A stretch of 64,000 nt of DNA from Chiloscyllium plagiosum (taxonomy: Eukaryota). Under the pieces are notes generated by a model. It was not told where the DNA came from. It made no database searches and saw only the letters and a list, made by a program, of their open reading frames with translations. Of the stretch, positions 27,201 to 39,115 are shown one piece after another (positions within the stretch are counted from its first letter, which is position 1; each line of letters starts with the position of its first letter). Both the position numbers and the translations under genes were made by a program. The stretch is from the NCBI RefSeq assembly GCF_004010195.1, contig NC_057754.1, positions 4,403,681-4,467,680 on the forward strand, given 5' to 3'.

Positions 27201-27358
27201 CTTTATCACCATGTTACCTAACTTTGTGCACTCAATGCACTGCATTACATGATGGCAACATCAGTAACTAAGGCCATCATTTATCAAATTAAAAAATGCT
27301 TCCCGCTTTCTTCAACTGAAGGTATTGCAGTACAGCTAAAGAAGTCTACAATTACCGA

Positions 27359-27706
27359 GGGCAGCACGGTGGCTCAGTGGTTTGCACGGCTGCCGCTCAG
27401 CACCAGGGACCTGGTCCAATTCCACTCAGGTAACTGTGTGTGGAGTTTGCTTACTCTCCCTGTGTTTATGTGGGATTCCTCCGGTTGCTCTGGTCTCCTC
27501 CCACAGTCCAAAGATGGGCAGGTTAGGTGGATTGGCTATGCCAAATTGTCCATTGTATCTATGAATATGCAGGCTAGGTGGATTAGCCATGGGAAATGCA
27601 GGGCTACAGGGATAGGGTGGGTCTAGGTGGAATGCTCTTTGGAGGGTCAGTGTGGACTTGATCGGCCAAATGGCCTGCTTCCACAATGCACAGATGCTAT
27701 GATTCT
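27359..27706 (+). mobile_element. V-SINE (HE1-like) full-length copy
   Basis: GGCAGCACGGTGGCTCAGTGG tRNA head, V-domain TGTGTGGAGTTTGC...CTCCCACAGTCCAAAGATG, and a CR1-derived tail. Confidence 0.85.
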
Positions 27707-27776
27707 ACCAGGAGTGGGTCAAATTTCCACAAGGTGAATGGTGAAAGCGGGAGGCCAACCCAATCCCACATCTTAC

Positions 27777-27995
27777 CCATAGTAGCGTAGCAGATGACAC
27801 TTTTCCAGATATGATCGGTAGTGTAGCTTTAGTGCCTCTGGCTCCTCACGTGCTGCATCGTCCACTAGCTGCCTGAAGGACTCCAGGAGTTCCTCTTCGT
27901 AGCCGTGCTGCTTGGCTCCTCGGGACCGGAATGCTGCCAGGAACCCACCGTGTTTCTTGCACAGATGAGTGGGAAGACACGTATCAATTTTCTCC
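27777..27995 (-). CDS. FRMD8: FRMD8 coding exon 7: (R)EKIDTCLPTHLCKK...LKLHYRSYLEKCHLLRYY(G)
   Basis: Acceptor TTTCTCAG, donor GTAAGA, 219 nt, phase 2 to 2. Confidence 0.95.
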
Positions 27996-29539
27996 CTGAG
28001 AAACATTGCGCAATAATAGGTTAACCCAAGCTGGCACAGGAGTTCAGTTCAAGTTAGCAATATAGCAGCACATAATGAATAAGATGATTCACAGACAAAA
28101 TGTAAATACACTGCCACATATTGTGAAAAGCTGTAGACAGCAGTAATTTGCTGATCTGAGCCCCTACAGCAATTGATGTCACAACGGTCAGTCAAGACTC
28201 CTGCTCCAGATACAACCCACTGGCTCACCCATCTCCCGACTGCACCTACCCCATAAGCATCCAATCTAGCTGTAGTACCAGCCAGCAGCCAGAAACTTAG
28301 CAGACCAGACTGAACCTCAGTAATTCACTCACAGAAGTCCATTTCTGCGTTTTAGTCCTGCTTTGTGTGGGGTTTGCTCCTTCCAGTCAGTGCTGCAACA
28401 GGACAGGGCTGTTTGTTGCTCAAGTGACGTCTCCTGGCTCACCATCGACTGATCAGTGCAGGACTTCCAGGCATAAACAACTGTAATGGAGGGAAGACCG
28501 ATATCAACCAGGAAATCAGTAGTGCAAATGCACGTTTTCCTGAGAGGATCACGATCACTTGATTTTTGTGTTTTAAAAGCAAGGGGAGGGTTGGTTTGAA
28601 ATGTTAGAACTTTCCCCATCAGGCCACTGAAGGAGCCAACTGCAGCTAGAGAAGCCATTTCAGCCATTGAAACATGACCGGTGACACTGTGTAACATACA
28701 ACAGGGCCAGAGAATTAAACTGACCCACTTGAAGCAGTTCAGCTGAATGGTATGGTGACACCATTATAAAAATAAGGCTCATGATAATAAAGATGGCCCA
28801 GTTCAGAGCCTGATCAAAACAACAAAACTTAAGAGATCAGAGAGGCTTTTGAAATGATGAGTGTCCTTGATAAAGGAAATAGGGAAGAAATACCACTGTT
28901 TAGTGAGTTGGTAACTCAACGACACACAAAAGATCATACCTTCCCCCTCTATCATTAGGCAATCTTTTCCTGGCAGGGCTGTTGGGATTAGAAAGCTTTA
29001 GAAAGGGAGCGATTTAATATTTAAATATGAAAAGTTTAAAAAGAAATAAGGCAAAACAATCAATCTTCGAGATTATCATATGAAACTTGTACAGACTGAG
29101 GGCATCTCAAAGCACTTTACAGCCAGCTAAGTACTTTTTACCAAACTCTATTCACTGTTCTAAGGGAAAAACAACCAAATTACGTACAAAGTCCCAGAAA
29201 CAGTAATAAGCTACCAAATGACTTTTAAAAAAGGTGAATAGCTCATGATGAAACAAAGTGGCAAAGTCTAAAATTCATCACTGAACTCCATCATGATGCA
29301 AGCATGCACAAGAGTTGGGACATCTTTGGTGCAATAAATTTTCTTCAGCAATTGATTTTTGTCATTCAAACTTAAAAGGAAACTGGCAACCAGAATGACT
29401 TTGCGTGTTTGTATTTGAAAAGTCAGTCATTATGTATAGACTTTAACCTCACTCCTCCTGCCTATTATCTCTTCCAATACTTGCATTCCCAGTCAGCTAG
29501 GACCTGTCTATACTTTGCCATGTATCAATGTAGCCTCAC

Positions 29540-29706
29540 CTGATGAGAGCCAGGTTGTGCTGGTCCTGATTGAAGGGACCAAGCTCAATTCGACAAGTGA
29601 GGGCACCCAGCTTGAGACAATCCTCCATGTCGTAAGGGTACCGGCCCTCCAGAATATTAAACTTGGCCTCTTCATATAACAATCGGAGGATGCCTTCATC
29701 CTCGAT
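29540..29706 (-). CDS. FRMD8: FRMD8 coding exon 6: IEDEGILRLLYEEAKFNILEGRYPYD...LALI(R)
   Basis: Acceptor TTTCAG, donor GTGAGG, 167 nt. FERM central-domain motif LLYEEAK.N.L.GRYP. Confidence 0.95.
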
Positions 29707-30061
29707 CTGAAATTTCAACAAACATTGACTACTCAGCAAAACAAGGAAATAATTTTGAAAAGCAAGACATTGTGAAAATTTCTGTGTACTGCTAAGTAAT
29801 CACATTAACAATCAGTGTGGGAACAGCATGGATCACTCGGAGGCAGACTCTAAAGCCATGCTACACAAGGATAAAAACAAACATGCAATGCTAGCTTCAG
29901 AATCTACTGCTGTTGGCCCTTTTCCTTTGGGTACACTTCCTTTTTAGTCTCTAACATTTTTCATTTCTGGTGTTTTAAAAGATTCCAATTTCAGGAAATA
30001 TACTATATTCCTCAGTCATTCTACAGGAGCAAGTGGTCTTAAACTGGTGGTACACACATAT

Positions 30062-30192
30062 AGGAGAAAGTGAGGACTGCAGATGCTGGAGATCATAGCT
30101 GAAAATGTGTTGCTGGAAAAGTGCAGCAGGTCAGGCAGAATCCAAGGAGCAGGAGAATCGATGTTTCGGGCATGAGCCCTTCTTCAGGAATT
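30062..30192 (-). mobile_element. Short Penelope-derived element with hammerhead-like core
   Basis: Reverse complement ATTCCTGAAGAAGGGCTCATGCCCGAAACATCG followed by the family tail. Confidence 0.75.
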
Positions 30193-30399
30193 CCTGCTTC
30201 AGTCCACAATGCAACTAAATTGTGTTTTAACTAAATTGTAGACCAAAACAGGCCTATGTGCTGGAAAGCACACACACTAAGGCAACCAGCAAAAGGGTGA
30301 TTGCTGGGGGAAAAAAACCAAGACTAAAATTCTGTACATCCAAAGATGAGGAGTCTGAAGTGTCTGAAGCAGAGTCAGTGGACTCAAAATGTTATAACG

Positions 30400-30585
30400 G
30401 ACAAAACTGCTCGAAAAACTCAGATGATCTGGCAACATCTGTGGAGAGAAATCGGAGAAAACATTTCAGGACCAATGACCCTTCCTCAGAACATTTTGGT
30501 TTTTAAGTGACTTGTAATGTTAAGTCTTTCTCTCCACAGATGCTGCCAGACCTGCTGAGTTTCTCCAGCATTCCCTGTTTTGGCA
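30400..30585. mobile_element. Fold-back mini-element of a second hammerhead-bearing family
   Basis: Inverted arms (CTCAG..GATCTGGCAACATCTGTGGAGAGAAA / TTTCTCTCCACAGATGCTGCCAGACCTGCTGAG) and a minus-strand CTGAGGAAGGGTCATTGGTCCTGAAATGTT. Confidence 0.65.
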
Positions 30586-30728
30586 ACTAGAATGAAGATT
30601 GTGTCATACAGTACACATGCATTTACATAAAGCACTTGGAGCTCCTGACTGAACATTATAGTTTAAGTAGCATTTCAAATCATTACTGGGATTATGAAAT
30701 CACAGCAACGAGTTGTGACAGAACTCAC

Positions 30729-30787
30729 TTGTAACTCCTTGCCTTTGGGAAAGAACACATTCTTTCGAAACTGCAATGATGGTTCAT
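30729..30787 (-). CDS. FRMD8: FRMD8 coding exon 5: (D)EPSLQFRKNVFFPKGKELQ
   Basis: Acceptor GACAG, donor GTGAGT, 59 nt. Matches the FRMD8 DEP.LQFRRNVFFPK motif. Confidence 0.95.
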
Positions 30788-31731
30788 CTGTCAGACGTAG
30801 AAATATCATTAAGAGAGTAATTGAACTACCAAAAGGAAACAAACTAAATTTTCAATTCACTTGGTTGCATTTTCCATAAAAACAAACAATTAGGACTAAC
30901 CGCCATTTGGTCCCTTGAGCCTGCTCGGCCAGTCAATAAACCGCTCATGGCTGATCCGACTACAGCCTTGACTCCAAATTCCCTCCAAGACTAATACACT
31001 TGGACTCCCTCTTTAGTTAAGACCAAGCTTTGCCATAAAAATATTCAATAGTCCTGCATCCATAACTCTCCTAGGAAGAGCTACACAAACTCTCAACCTT
31101 CAGACAAAAGAACATGCGACATTTCTGTCATAAATGGGAGACCCCTCACTTTCACGCATGAGGAGAGATGTCGCCTAATAAAACAGGAGATGGGGCGGGG
31201 GAGCTCACAGTTGAGGCGATCCATACACCTCGTCACAGAGCAGGATGGGTGAGTGGCTGGGGGAAAGTGTGTCACCTTCCGGATACGAACTTTAGCAGAC
31301 AGCTCCTTGTCTGAGCATGAAGGTGCCAATATGAAAGGTGTTAACTCGGATGAGACCACAAGTCTGCTTAGGCCACAAGTCAAATCGGGACTTGCTACGT
31401 TTCTGCATCTTGGGGGTGGAGAAGAAAAAAAGATATTTGTATGAATTTTTTTGGTGGTGGCAAGGGGAGTTTTATAAGGTGGTTAGCGTTTTAATTAGTA
31501 GAGTTAACGTTGACAGTTCACAATTGTTTAGTACAGAAGCCTGGTCTGTGCTTTCAGTCAACCTGAGTCGAAAAGACAAGTAAATATGAATTTTTTTTTG
31601 AATATTTTTATATTTTCTTTAACCTTCATAATGATTCCTAGAATTGTGGAGCTTTATTTCCAGCGTGCCACCCACTGAGACAAAATCTGTTCCTTAAAAC
31701 TCTCAAAGTTATCAACCAGTGCAACACTCAC

Positions 31732-31833
31732 CATGAACAATTTCATCAACAGAACATTTAGTAAATCGATAAAGCAGATCTGGCCACTGCCGGCTGACCT
31801 TGTAGGGATGATGCTTGGGTTTTAGTTGCAGCT
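31732..31833 (-). CDS. FRMD8: FRMD8 coding exon 4: (E)[33 protein letters not shown]
   Basis: Acceptor CTCACAG, donor GTGAGT, 102 nt. QLKPKH.PYK..RQWP.LL.RF motif. Confidence 0.95.
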
Positions 31834-33349
31834 CTGTGAGTAAGCAAAACATGCCAGATAGGTGAATGTTACATGAAAGACATCGACCAGAGAACTTCTA
31901 ACACACTGTTCTGTTTCCCCTCTACTCCCCCCTTGGGCTAAGATTGTGCAGAATTGCTTACAAATGGATTGATGCATCAGAACATTTCAACCAGATGAAT
32001 GGCCAACAACGTGATCATCACAATAATGGGAAACAAGATCTCCTGTTACAGAGGAGGGCTGGGACAATGTCTTTTTGGCGTCCGTCTCACGATGATTTCT
32101 AAAGAAAGCGGCACAATATGGCCATTGTACTGTGCACAATCTATGGTATTTAAATGCCTGTGGGTGTAGTCATTTGGACATAGAAATCCTGAGGGTGTAT
32201 TATTTTATGTAAGACTTGTTCATAATGAAGAAATTTACTGCAAAACATATTTACACAGATCAGGCCTTACAGGAGCCTTCCCATCATGTTTTTCTCCCCC
32301 TCACCCTTGAATAATACCTCCATTTACATATCACATTTCATATGACTCAGTGGCTCAGACAATGAACTTTTTAAAATAGGACTGCAGTCACTGTTACACA
32401 TGGCAGAAATTCTGTGCCAGCAACCACAAGAACAGCAATTCAATGTCTGCCTCGCTGTTGAGTTTCTTTGGTGGTGTTGAGTGAGGGAGCAACATTGGCT
32501 AAAGCACTGTTTAATATCAGACATGAAGAGACTTGTTTTAATGTTTCATCCCAAGGCTGAATCATGGACTTTGGTCATTATATTTGGCTAATCGCCTGGA
32601 AGAGGTTAAATATATAATAAGAGATAATAGATTCATGGAAGTTTTGAGATGGGAAGTACAGGCTCTCTGTCCAGACGAAGCAGGTGCTATGCTACTAAAC
32701 TGTAGCAAAAATTGTTTAATAATAGGGACTGCAATGATCCCCCTTCTACTATGAAGGGTCACTTGTGTTCTGCATCACTTGCAAGGTTTGGGATTCAGGA
32801 AGGGATGATGAGTTCAAAGTATAAACAATGACAAGGCAACAGCAGGCACACAAGAATGCATATATGGAATTCTCAAATATGCTTCCACGTTGCTCTCTGA
32901 GAGATCCTCAATATTAGATGGAGGCCAATACAGGAATGTGAACGCTACACTGCTTCATCCAAACTGACAGAGCTCAGTCCACCTGCAACCATTTCCCTCT
33001 GACTCTCAAGGAACTACACAGAATCATTTGTGCATGGTGACCAAGTGCACCCTCTTGCAGATGCTTCCTACTGCCACTGAGCAAATGAACTGCTCCCTGT
33101 AAGAGCATGCATCTCACTGGAACTGCAGTTTGTCAATTATGGACTTTCAGCCTTAACCCATTATTCTGACGTCCAATTTTTTTCCTTCAGGAAAGGAAAC
33201 AATGGTGGTGGTGGAGGAGGAGGAAAAATGAAAGGGGACTGCAACTAGATGATTTACATCGTAGGAGGCAGCACAACAAAATAAAGCAGGGAATCAAAAG
33301 AGAAAATGCTTTAAAAGAAAACCGACTTCCGGTACCCAATATTAAGCAG

Positions 33350-33408
33350 AGTGTGTACACACGTGCGCACACACACGCGCGCGCACGCACGCACGCGCAC
33401 ACACACAC
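33350..33408. repeat. Alternating purine-pyrimidine (CA/CG) microsatellite
   Basis: GTGTGTACACACGTGCGCACACACACGCGCGCGCACGCACGCACGCGCACACACACAC. Confidence 0.85.
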
Positions 33409-33484
33409 CAGATAAAGCTCCCTCTACTGCTACAGCAATCCCAGCCTCAGAAATGGCATCGTCTCCACCCACACAATTTTCCTT

Positions 33485-34443
33485 CAGGTTGTAAGTTTGC
33501 TTGATGAGCTGGCAGGTTTGTTTTCAGACATTTCGTCACCATGCTAGGTAACATCACTGATTAAAAATGTGTTGCTGGAAAAGCGCAGCAGGTCAGGCAG
33601 CATCAAAGGAGAAGGAGAATAGACGTTTCGGGCATATGCCCGAAACGTCGATTCTCCTTCTCCTTTGATGCTGCCTGACCTGCTGCGCTTTTCCAGCAAC
33701 ACATTTTTAATCAGTGATCCCCAGCATCTGCAGTCCTCACTTTCTCCTATCATCATCACTGAGCCTCCAGTGAAGCACTGGTATTCTCCCCTGCTTTCTA
33801 TTTATGTGTATTGGTCTCTTAAGGTGGGTGATATCATTTCTGGTTCTTTTTCTCAGGAGGTTGATAAATGGGGTCCAAGTTCATATGTTTATTGATGAAG
33901 TTCTGGTTTGAATGCCAGGCCTCTAGGAATTCCTGTGAATGTCACTGTTAGCCTGTCCTAGGATGGATGTATTGTCCCAGTCAAAGTGGTGTCCTTCTTC
34001 GTCTGTAAGGATACTGGTGATAGTGGGTCATGTCCTTTGATGGCTAGTTGGTGTTTGTGTATCCACTATCACTAGCATGTCTACATACAGATGAAGAAGG
34101 ACACCACTTCGACTGAGACAATACATCAATCCTAGGACAGGCTAAACAAAGACACACACGGGAAGTCCTAGAGGACTGGCATTTAAACCAGAACTCCATC
34201 AATAAAGACATTAATTTGGACCCCATTATCAACCTCTGAGAAAAAGACCAGAAATGATATCACCCACCTTAAGAGACCAAGACACACAAATAAAAAGTAG
34301 GACAGAACACCAGTGCTTCACCAGATGCTCACTGATGTTACCTAGCATAGTGACAAAATACCTGAAAACAAACCTGCCAGCTCAGTGAGCAAACTTACAA
34401 CCTGAACCTCAACTTGAGATACAAATCTTCTCCAAAATCGCAA
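33485..34443. mobile_element. Large fold-back Penelope-derived element with 12-bp TSD, containing a nested palindromic element (33557-33750)
   Basis: 33483-34028 is the reverse complement of ~34062-34406 once the nested insert is removed. It is flanked by ACAATTTTCCTT at 33473-33484 and 34444-34455. The arms encode a GIY-YIG C-terminal-like remnant (H.FD....ILGQ......REVLEDWH). Confidence 0.85.
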
Positions 34444-35119
34444 ACAATTTTCCTTTTCCTTACACAGTGGTTCTTGAGTAAGATTATCAATGTAGTTGAA
34501 AACTAGAGGGGCTGCTTTGTGAATTGCTCACTAGGACTCGGATTTGAAATACTTGCATTCATCTGGCACCGTTGAAGTAAAATGGGGTAGGTGAAACAAT
34601 AGGAGCACCACTAAAAAAATTATACCAAGTCATACAAAGATACATTACAGCAGACAATCAAACGTTTGATCAAAGAGCTATATTTTAAAGGAACATCTTA
34701 AAGAGGGAGAGAGAGGGTGAGAAATTCAGGGAGGGAATTCTAAGGCACAGTGCCCAGGCAGAAGAGTTGTGGCGGACAGATCCAGGTGATGGTATTGAGG
34801 CTGAGACAGGCAGGTTTGTCAACAGAACATATCTGGTCAGAAGCCTGTTGCAGGATCGAAGAATGCTTAAAACCTAGTTAATCCAGTCCATCTTGCAGAC
34901 AGGGAAGACATCACTTGACAACCTGACTTCAAGTTCAGCTTAAGTTGTCCAACCTACCGGAAGGTTGGAGATTACACTAAAGCAGTTTCCCTAATTATCT
35001 TGTCAAAATGCACTCCCAGCAGCTTTTACAGCAAATGCACTTATTAACCCACAAATTAAAAACACTCCCTACCACACCCTCCCCAATCTACAGGGTCATT
35101 AAAGACTGCAGACACTCAC

Positions 35120-35287
35120 CTAAGAAAGGCGAAATGAGCCACAATGAGAAAATCTCTTGAGCCTGATCAGGCAACTGCAGTGCTTCCCGAACAGTTCTGG
35201 CAAGCTCCCCCGCTGTCAGGGCTGTCAGACTCTCCACAGAAACCTGAATAACAGTGTCATTCACCAGGTAAACCAGTACTTCTGGGT
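35120..35287 (-). CDS. FRMD8: FRMD8 coding exon 3: (H)PEVLVYLVNDTVIQVSVE...IFSLWLISPFL
   Basis: Acceptor TTTTCTTCCCAAG, donor GTGAGT, 168 nt. FERM N-lobe. Confidence 0.93.
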
Positions 35288-36054
35288 CTTGGGAAGAAAA
35301 GGGGTCAGAAAAAAATAAATTAACTGAAGAACACATGCATTTAGGTAAATTTATTACACTGAAAGAAATAGAAGGGAGAATCTAGACTGAGAATCTTAAA
35401 CATGTCCTCAAGGCACATCTTCTGGATTTTTGTTTTAAAAGCTTGTAGTCAATAAAACTATGGTTATGGATCAGAGTACACTGTATTGACCTCTGCACAT
35501 TACAGTCCCGTTTATTCTCTCACCTATGATATGCAAAATTAATCAAATTTTGATTTGCAACTGATTTTCTTTCAGGTGACAATGCAGTCAAGACAGCAAC
35601 TAGATTGCTTGCTCTCCTCAGGTCTTCTGACAGCACTGACTTTTGTCAGGCTCTGTACTGGTGCCTCAGTGTCAGGCAATGTGTCAGTGAAATGGCAACA
35701 TAACCAAACTCAACCTAGACGCTCAGTCATTGGATAACAGAAGGGAACCCAAACACTGGTAGATATTCCTGTCTAAATACAAACAGGAATAACAGTAGGC
35801 CACTTGGCATTTTGAGCCTGCTCCACCATTCAATAAAGGTCATGACTGATCCGATTCTCTTGCTGCTATTGCTTGGTCTTAGTTGGAAGCAGCTGGCTCA
35901 GTGCAGACTGCAGGGTAAAGCTTTTCAGCACCTATATATATCAGGTACAGTTTAACATAATTGATTATTTTTGATGAAAGACCTTTCCATAAGCCCCAGT
36001 ACAGCGCACAACTCAGCAGAAACTGGCTTAAAGAGAACATTACAACACACTCAC

Positions 36055-36136
36055 GTCTAGTCGCAGATGAGGATACACTCCCCCGCTGGGAACCTTCAGG
36101 CACTTCAAGCACATTTCTCGGCTCACTTGGATCCAT
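36055..36136 (-). CDS. FRMD8: FRMD8 first coding exon (exon 2): MDPSEPRNVLEVPEGSQRGSVSSSATR
   Basis: Acceptor TTTCTTTTCCAG directly followed by ATG, donor GTGAGT, 82 nt. Resembles the FRMD8 N-terminus (S.RSSVSS..AR). Confidence 0.9.
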
Positions 36137-38329
36137 CTGGAAAAGAAAGAAATCCAGTATCAGAAACACGCTTGCATTAAACCGAGGGTTTCAATCACTC
36201 TCTAACTACTGTAGGAAGATGTTTTGGATTCCTGACTCTCAAAGCAAATTTAAACTAACCTACTTCACTATGGCGATAAAAGTTACTATGCTGCTAACAA
36301 CTAGTTCCTATCAATTATGGTTCCCAGCAGAGTTACTGCTCCATGTCCCTTTGAACCATGTTTGATTATAAAGAACCTGATCAATTGGGTTGCAATGCTT
36401 TATTTGCATTCCAGGGAGTAAATTAAACTTCAACAGCACTAGTGTCCCTCCCTTCTTCCTGCATGGACATGAACGAGCTCCTTTGCCAACTCCTCTCTGT
36501 CATAATCAAAGCACAGGCTTGACATGCAATTTTGTAACGTTCCCAAGATATACAAGTTGTCTTAGGAGAGTGGGTTGGACAGGTTGGTCTTGTTTCCTAG
36601 GAGTGAGCAGTAGGCCATTCGAGCCTGCTCTGTTATTCAATACGATCACTGGTGATCCTCTTATCTCAACACCATAATCTCACTTTCCACTGGACTTTAA
36701 AAGAGCATGTGGTGGTTAGACTTTATTGAAATGCACAATAGTCTGAATGGTCTTGACAAGGTAGATATGGAACTCGCGTTTCTCCTTGCAGTTGAATCCA
36801 GGGCTCACTGATTTAAAATTAGAGGCTGTTCTTTCAGGATAAAGATGAAAATTTTTATTTTCCCTCTGTTTCACAGCTGTACAAACCTCAAACTGCCTCA
36901 GAAGGTAGTGGATGCAGGGTTGTTGAATATTTTTTAAGGCAGTGGTAGATAAATTCTTGTTTGGCAAGGGAATCAAAGATCAGTTGGAGAAGGAAATGCA
37001 AAATTCTGAAGAAACAGGTCTTATTGGAGGGGGGAATGGCCTACTTCTGCCCTGATGTTGAATGTCTGAGTGAGGCAGAAAGGCAGCAACAATGCACCTG
37101 AATAGGTTGGGTGGGCAGGCAGAGAGTTCCTACAGTGCAACACTTTGAAAAGACTAAATCCTAATTCTCCTGGGGCAATCAAGACAACTCTTCTGATTGC
37201 TCCATTGAATTCAGGCAAATGCAAGATGATCATGCAACACTGTTAGAAAGTGACTATGAGCTTCGACAAACATCCCTCACAGTTGGCTCTGTTTGGCAGA
37301 GAAATAGAGATCATCTCAGAATTCATCTTATCGGTGCAGAATGATTCAGACATAGTAGTTGCAACAGATCAAAGAAGTAACACAGCATGTAATGAATTTA
37401 TGAACTAGTTCAAAGTGGTAAACTTCAAGTGTTTTCTCTCAGCTAAATGGCATTCTCATTGCAGACAGTATTGGACCTTTGGGGAAAAAAAAGATCACAA
37501 ATTGTAGAGAAATAGAAAGCAGTAGAACGTAAAAGATCAGACTTGAGCAATCAAGGGAAAAAGAACACTTAAATGGGATGTGGAAACGATAAGAGCCTGT
37601 ACTGATCAAGTATCAGTAAGCCTCACCTAACCAAATTGAGATTTTGCACCAAAGAGTCATATTGGACTTGTTAACATTTTCTCTCCCCAAAGATACTGTC
37701 AGTCCTGCGGAGTTTCTTTATTATTTTTGTTATTTATAATCTTTGATATCCACAATATCATGTTTTGTTCAACTGAAGTTTCATTTCATAATTCTTTGGC
37801 TAACCAGGCACAGGATTACATTTTTGTGTTATTCCATAATTTTAAAAATCTGCATTATTCCTCCCTGCAATTCTCTTCAGCAGTTTTGAGGGATCCTGCT
37901 ACGTTGAGCTTCCAAGCCACCAAATTCTACTCCACCTTTCCACCAACCACGTCACTCGCCAAATCCACAAATAAGCAAAACCTCGAGATGCTCATGTAAT
38001 CCCAGTCATACTGGGTTCATCAGCAATTTACAAATCTCTCACTGTTAAACAAATGGCCTACTGTGATGATTAAAAGTAGTGTATAATCCCCTGGTGGTGG
38101 TTTTCATAAATCACTCATGGGTTGTGGTATTGCTGGCTAAGCCAGCATTAATCTCCCATCCTAGTACAAATAAGAGACTTGCTCAGCCATTTCAGACTGG
38201 TCATGGGATGCAAGCCATAAAAGGATGTTAGTCAACCAAGTGGTTTCATATAAAAATTCACTAGCTAGATGACGACTATAATGAATATGCATTCCTATTT
38301 AAAATTTAGATTTTCCTTTTATTTTTATT

Positions 38330-39115
38330 AATTCAATGGTGTGGGTATTACTGGTTAGGTCAGTGCTCATCGACTATTTCCAACTGTCTTTGAGACTGTG
38401 CTAGTTAACTACCTCAAACTGCTGCAGTCTTTGGGATGTAGGTACTGTACATCTAGAGTGCTGTGAGAAAATGGAGTTCCAGTATTTTGAACATTGAGAA
38501 GTGAAGAAATGACAACATAATCCCAATTCAGGATGGTGCATGGTTTGGAGGAAAATTTGCAGATGTGTCTACTGCCCTTGCACTTCTAGGTGTTTGAGAT
38601 TGCAGGTTTGGAAGGTGCTGTCAAAGCAGCAGACGTGAGATAGATCTTGCAGATGGTGCTCACTGCTGTCACAAAGTCAGTGAAGCAACTGAATACTCAA
38701 AGTGGTTGATGGGGTGCCAATCATGTGGACTGTTATTTCCTTAGTGCAGCTCCAAAAGCACCCAGTAGTCCAGTGTAGTCCTGACTTGTGCCTTGTAGAT
38801 GGTGGACAAGTTTTGGGAAGTAAGAGATGAGTTACTCACTCCAGAATTGCCATGGTATTTGCAGTTGGTCAAGTTCAATTTCTGGTCAACGGTAACTCCC
38901 AGGATGTTGACAGCAGGGGATTCAGCAATCTAGCAATACCAGTATTATTAGTAATACCACTAAATATTAAAAGGAATGATTAGATTGTCTCTTTCTAGAA
39001 AAGGTCATTGCCTGATACTGGTCTTGTGTGAATGTTACATGCCATCTATCAGCCCAAGCTTGGATGTCATCCAGTTTACTGCACACAGATATGGGCTGCT
39101 TCAGACTGAGGAAAA
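38330..39115 (-). mobile_element. L2-like LINE remnant
   Basis: Decayed segments (CTGGTCAACGGTAACTCCCAGGATGTTGAC, GCCTTGTAGATGGTGGACA) typical of the L2 ORF2 3' part. Confidence 0.55.

Noticed and set aside
27359..27430. tRNA genes at V-SINE and other SINE heads
   Set aside because: A/B boxes are present, but no full cloverleaf forms and each continues into a SINE body.
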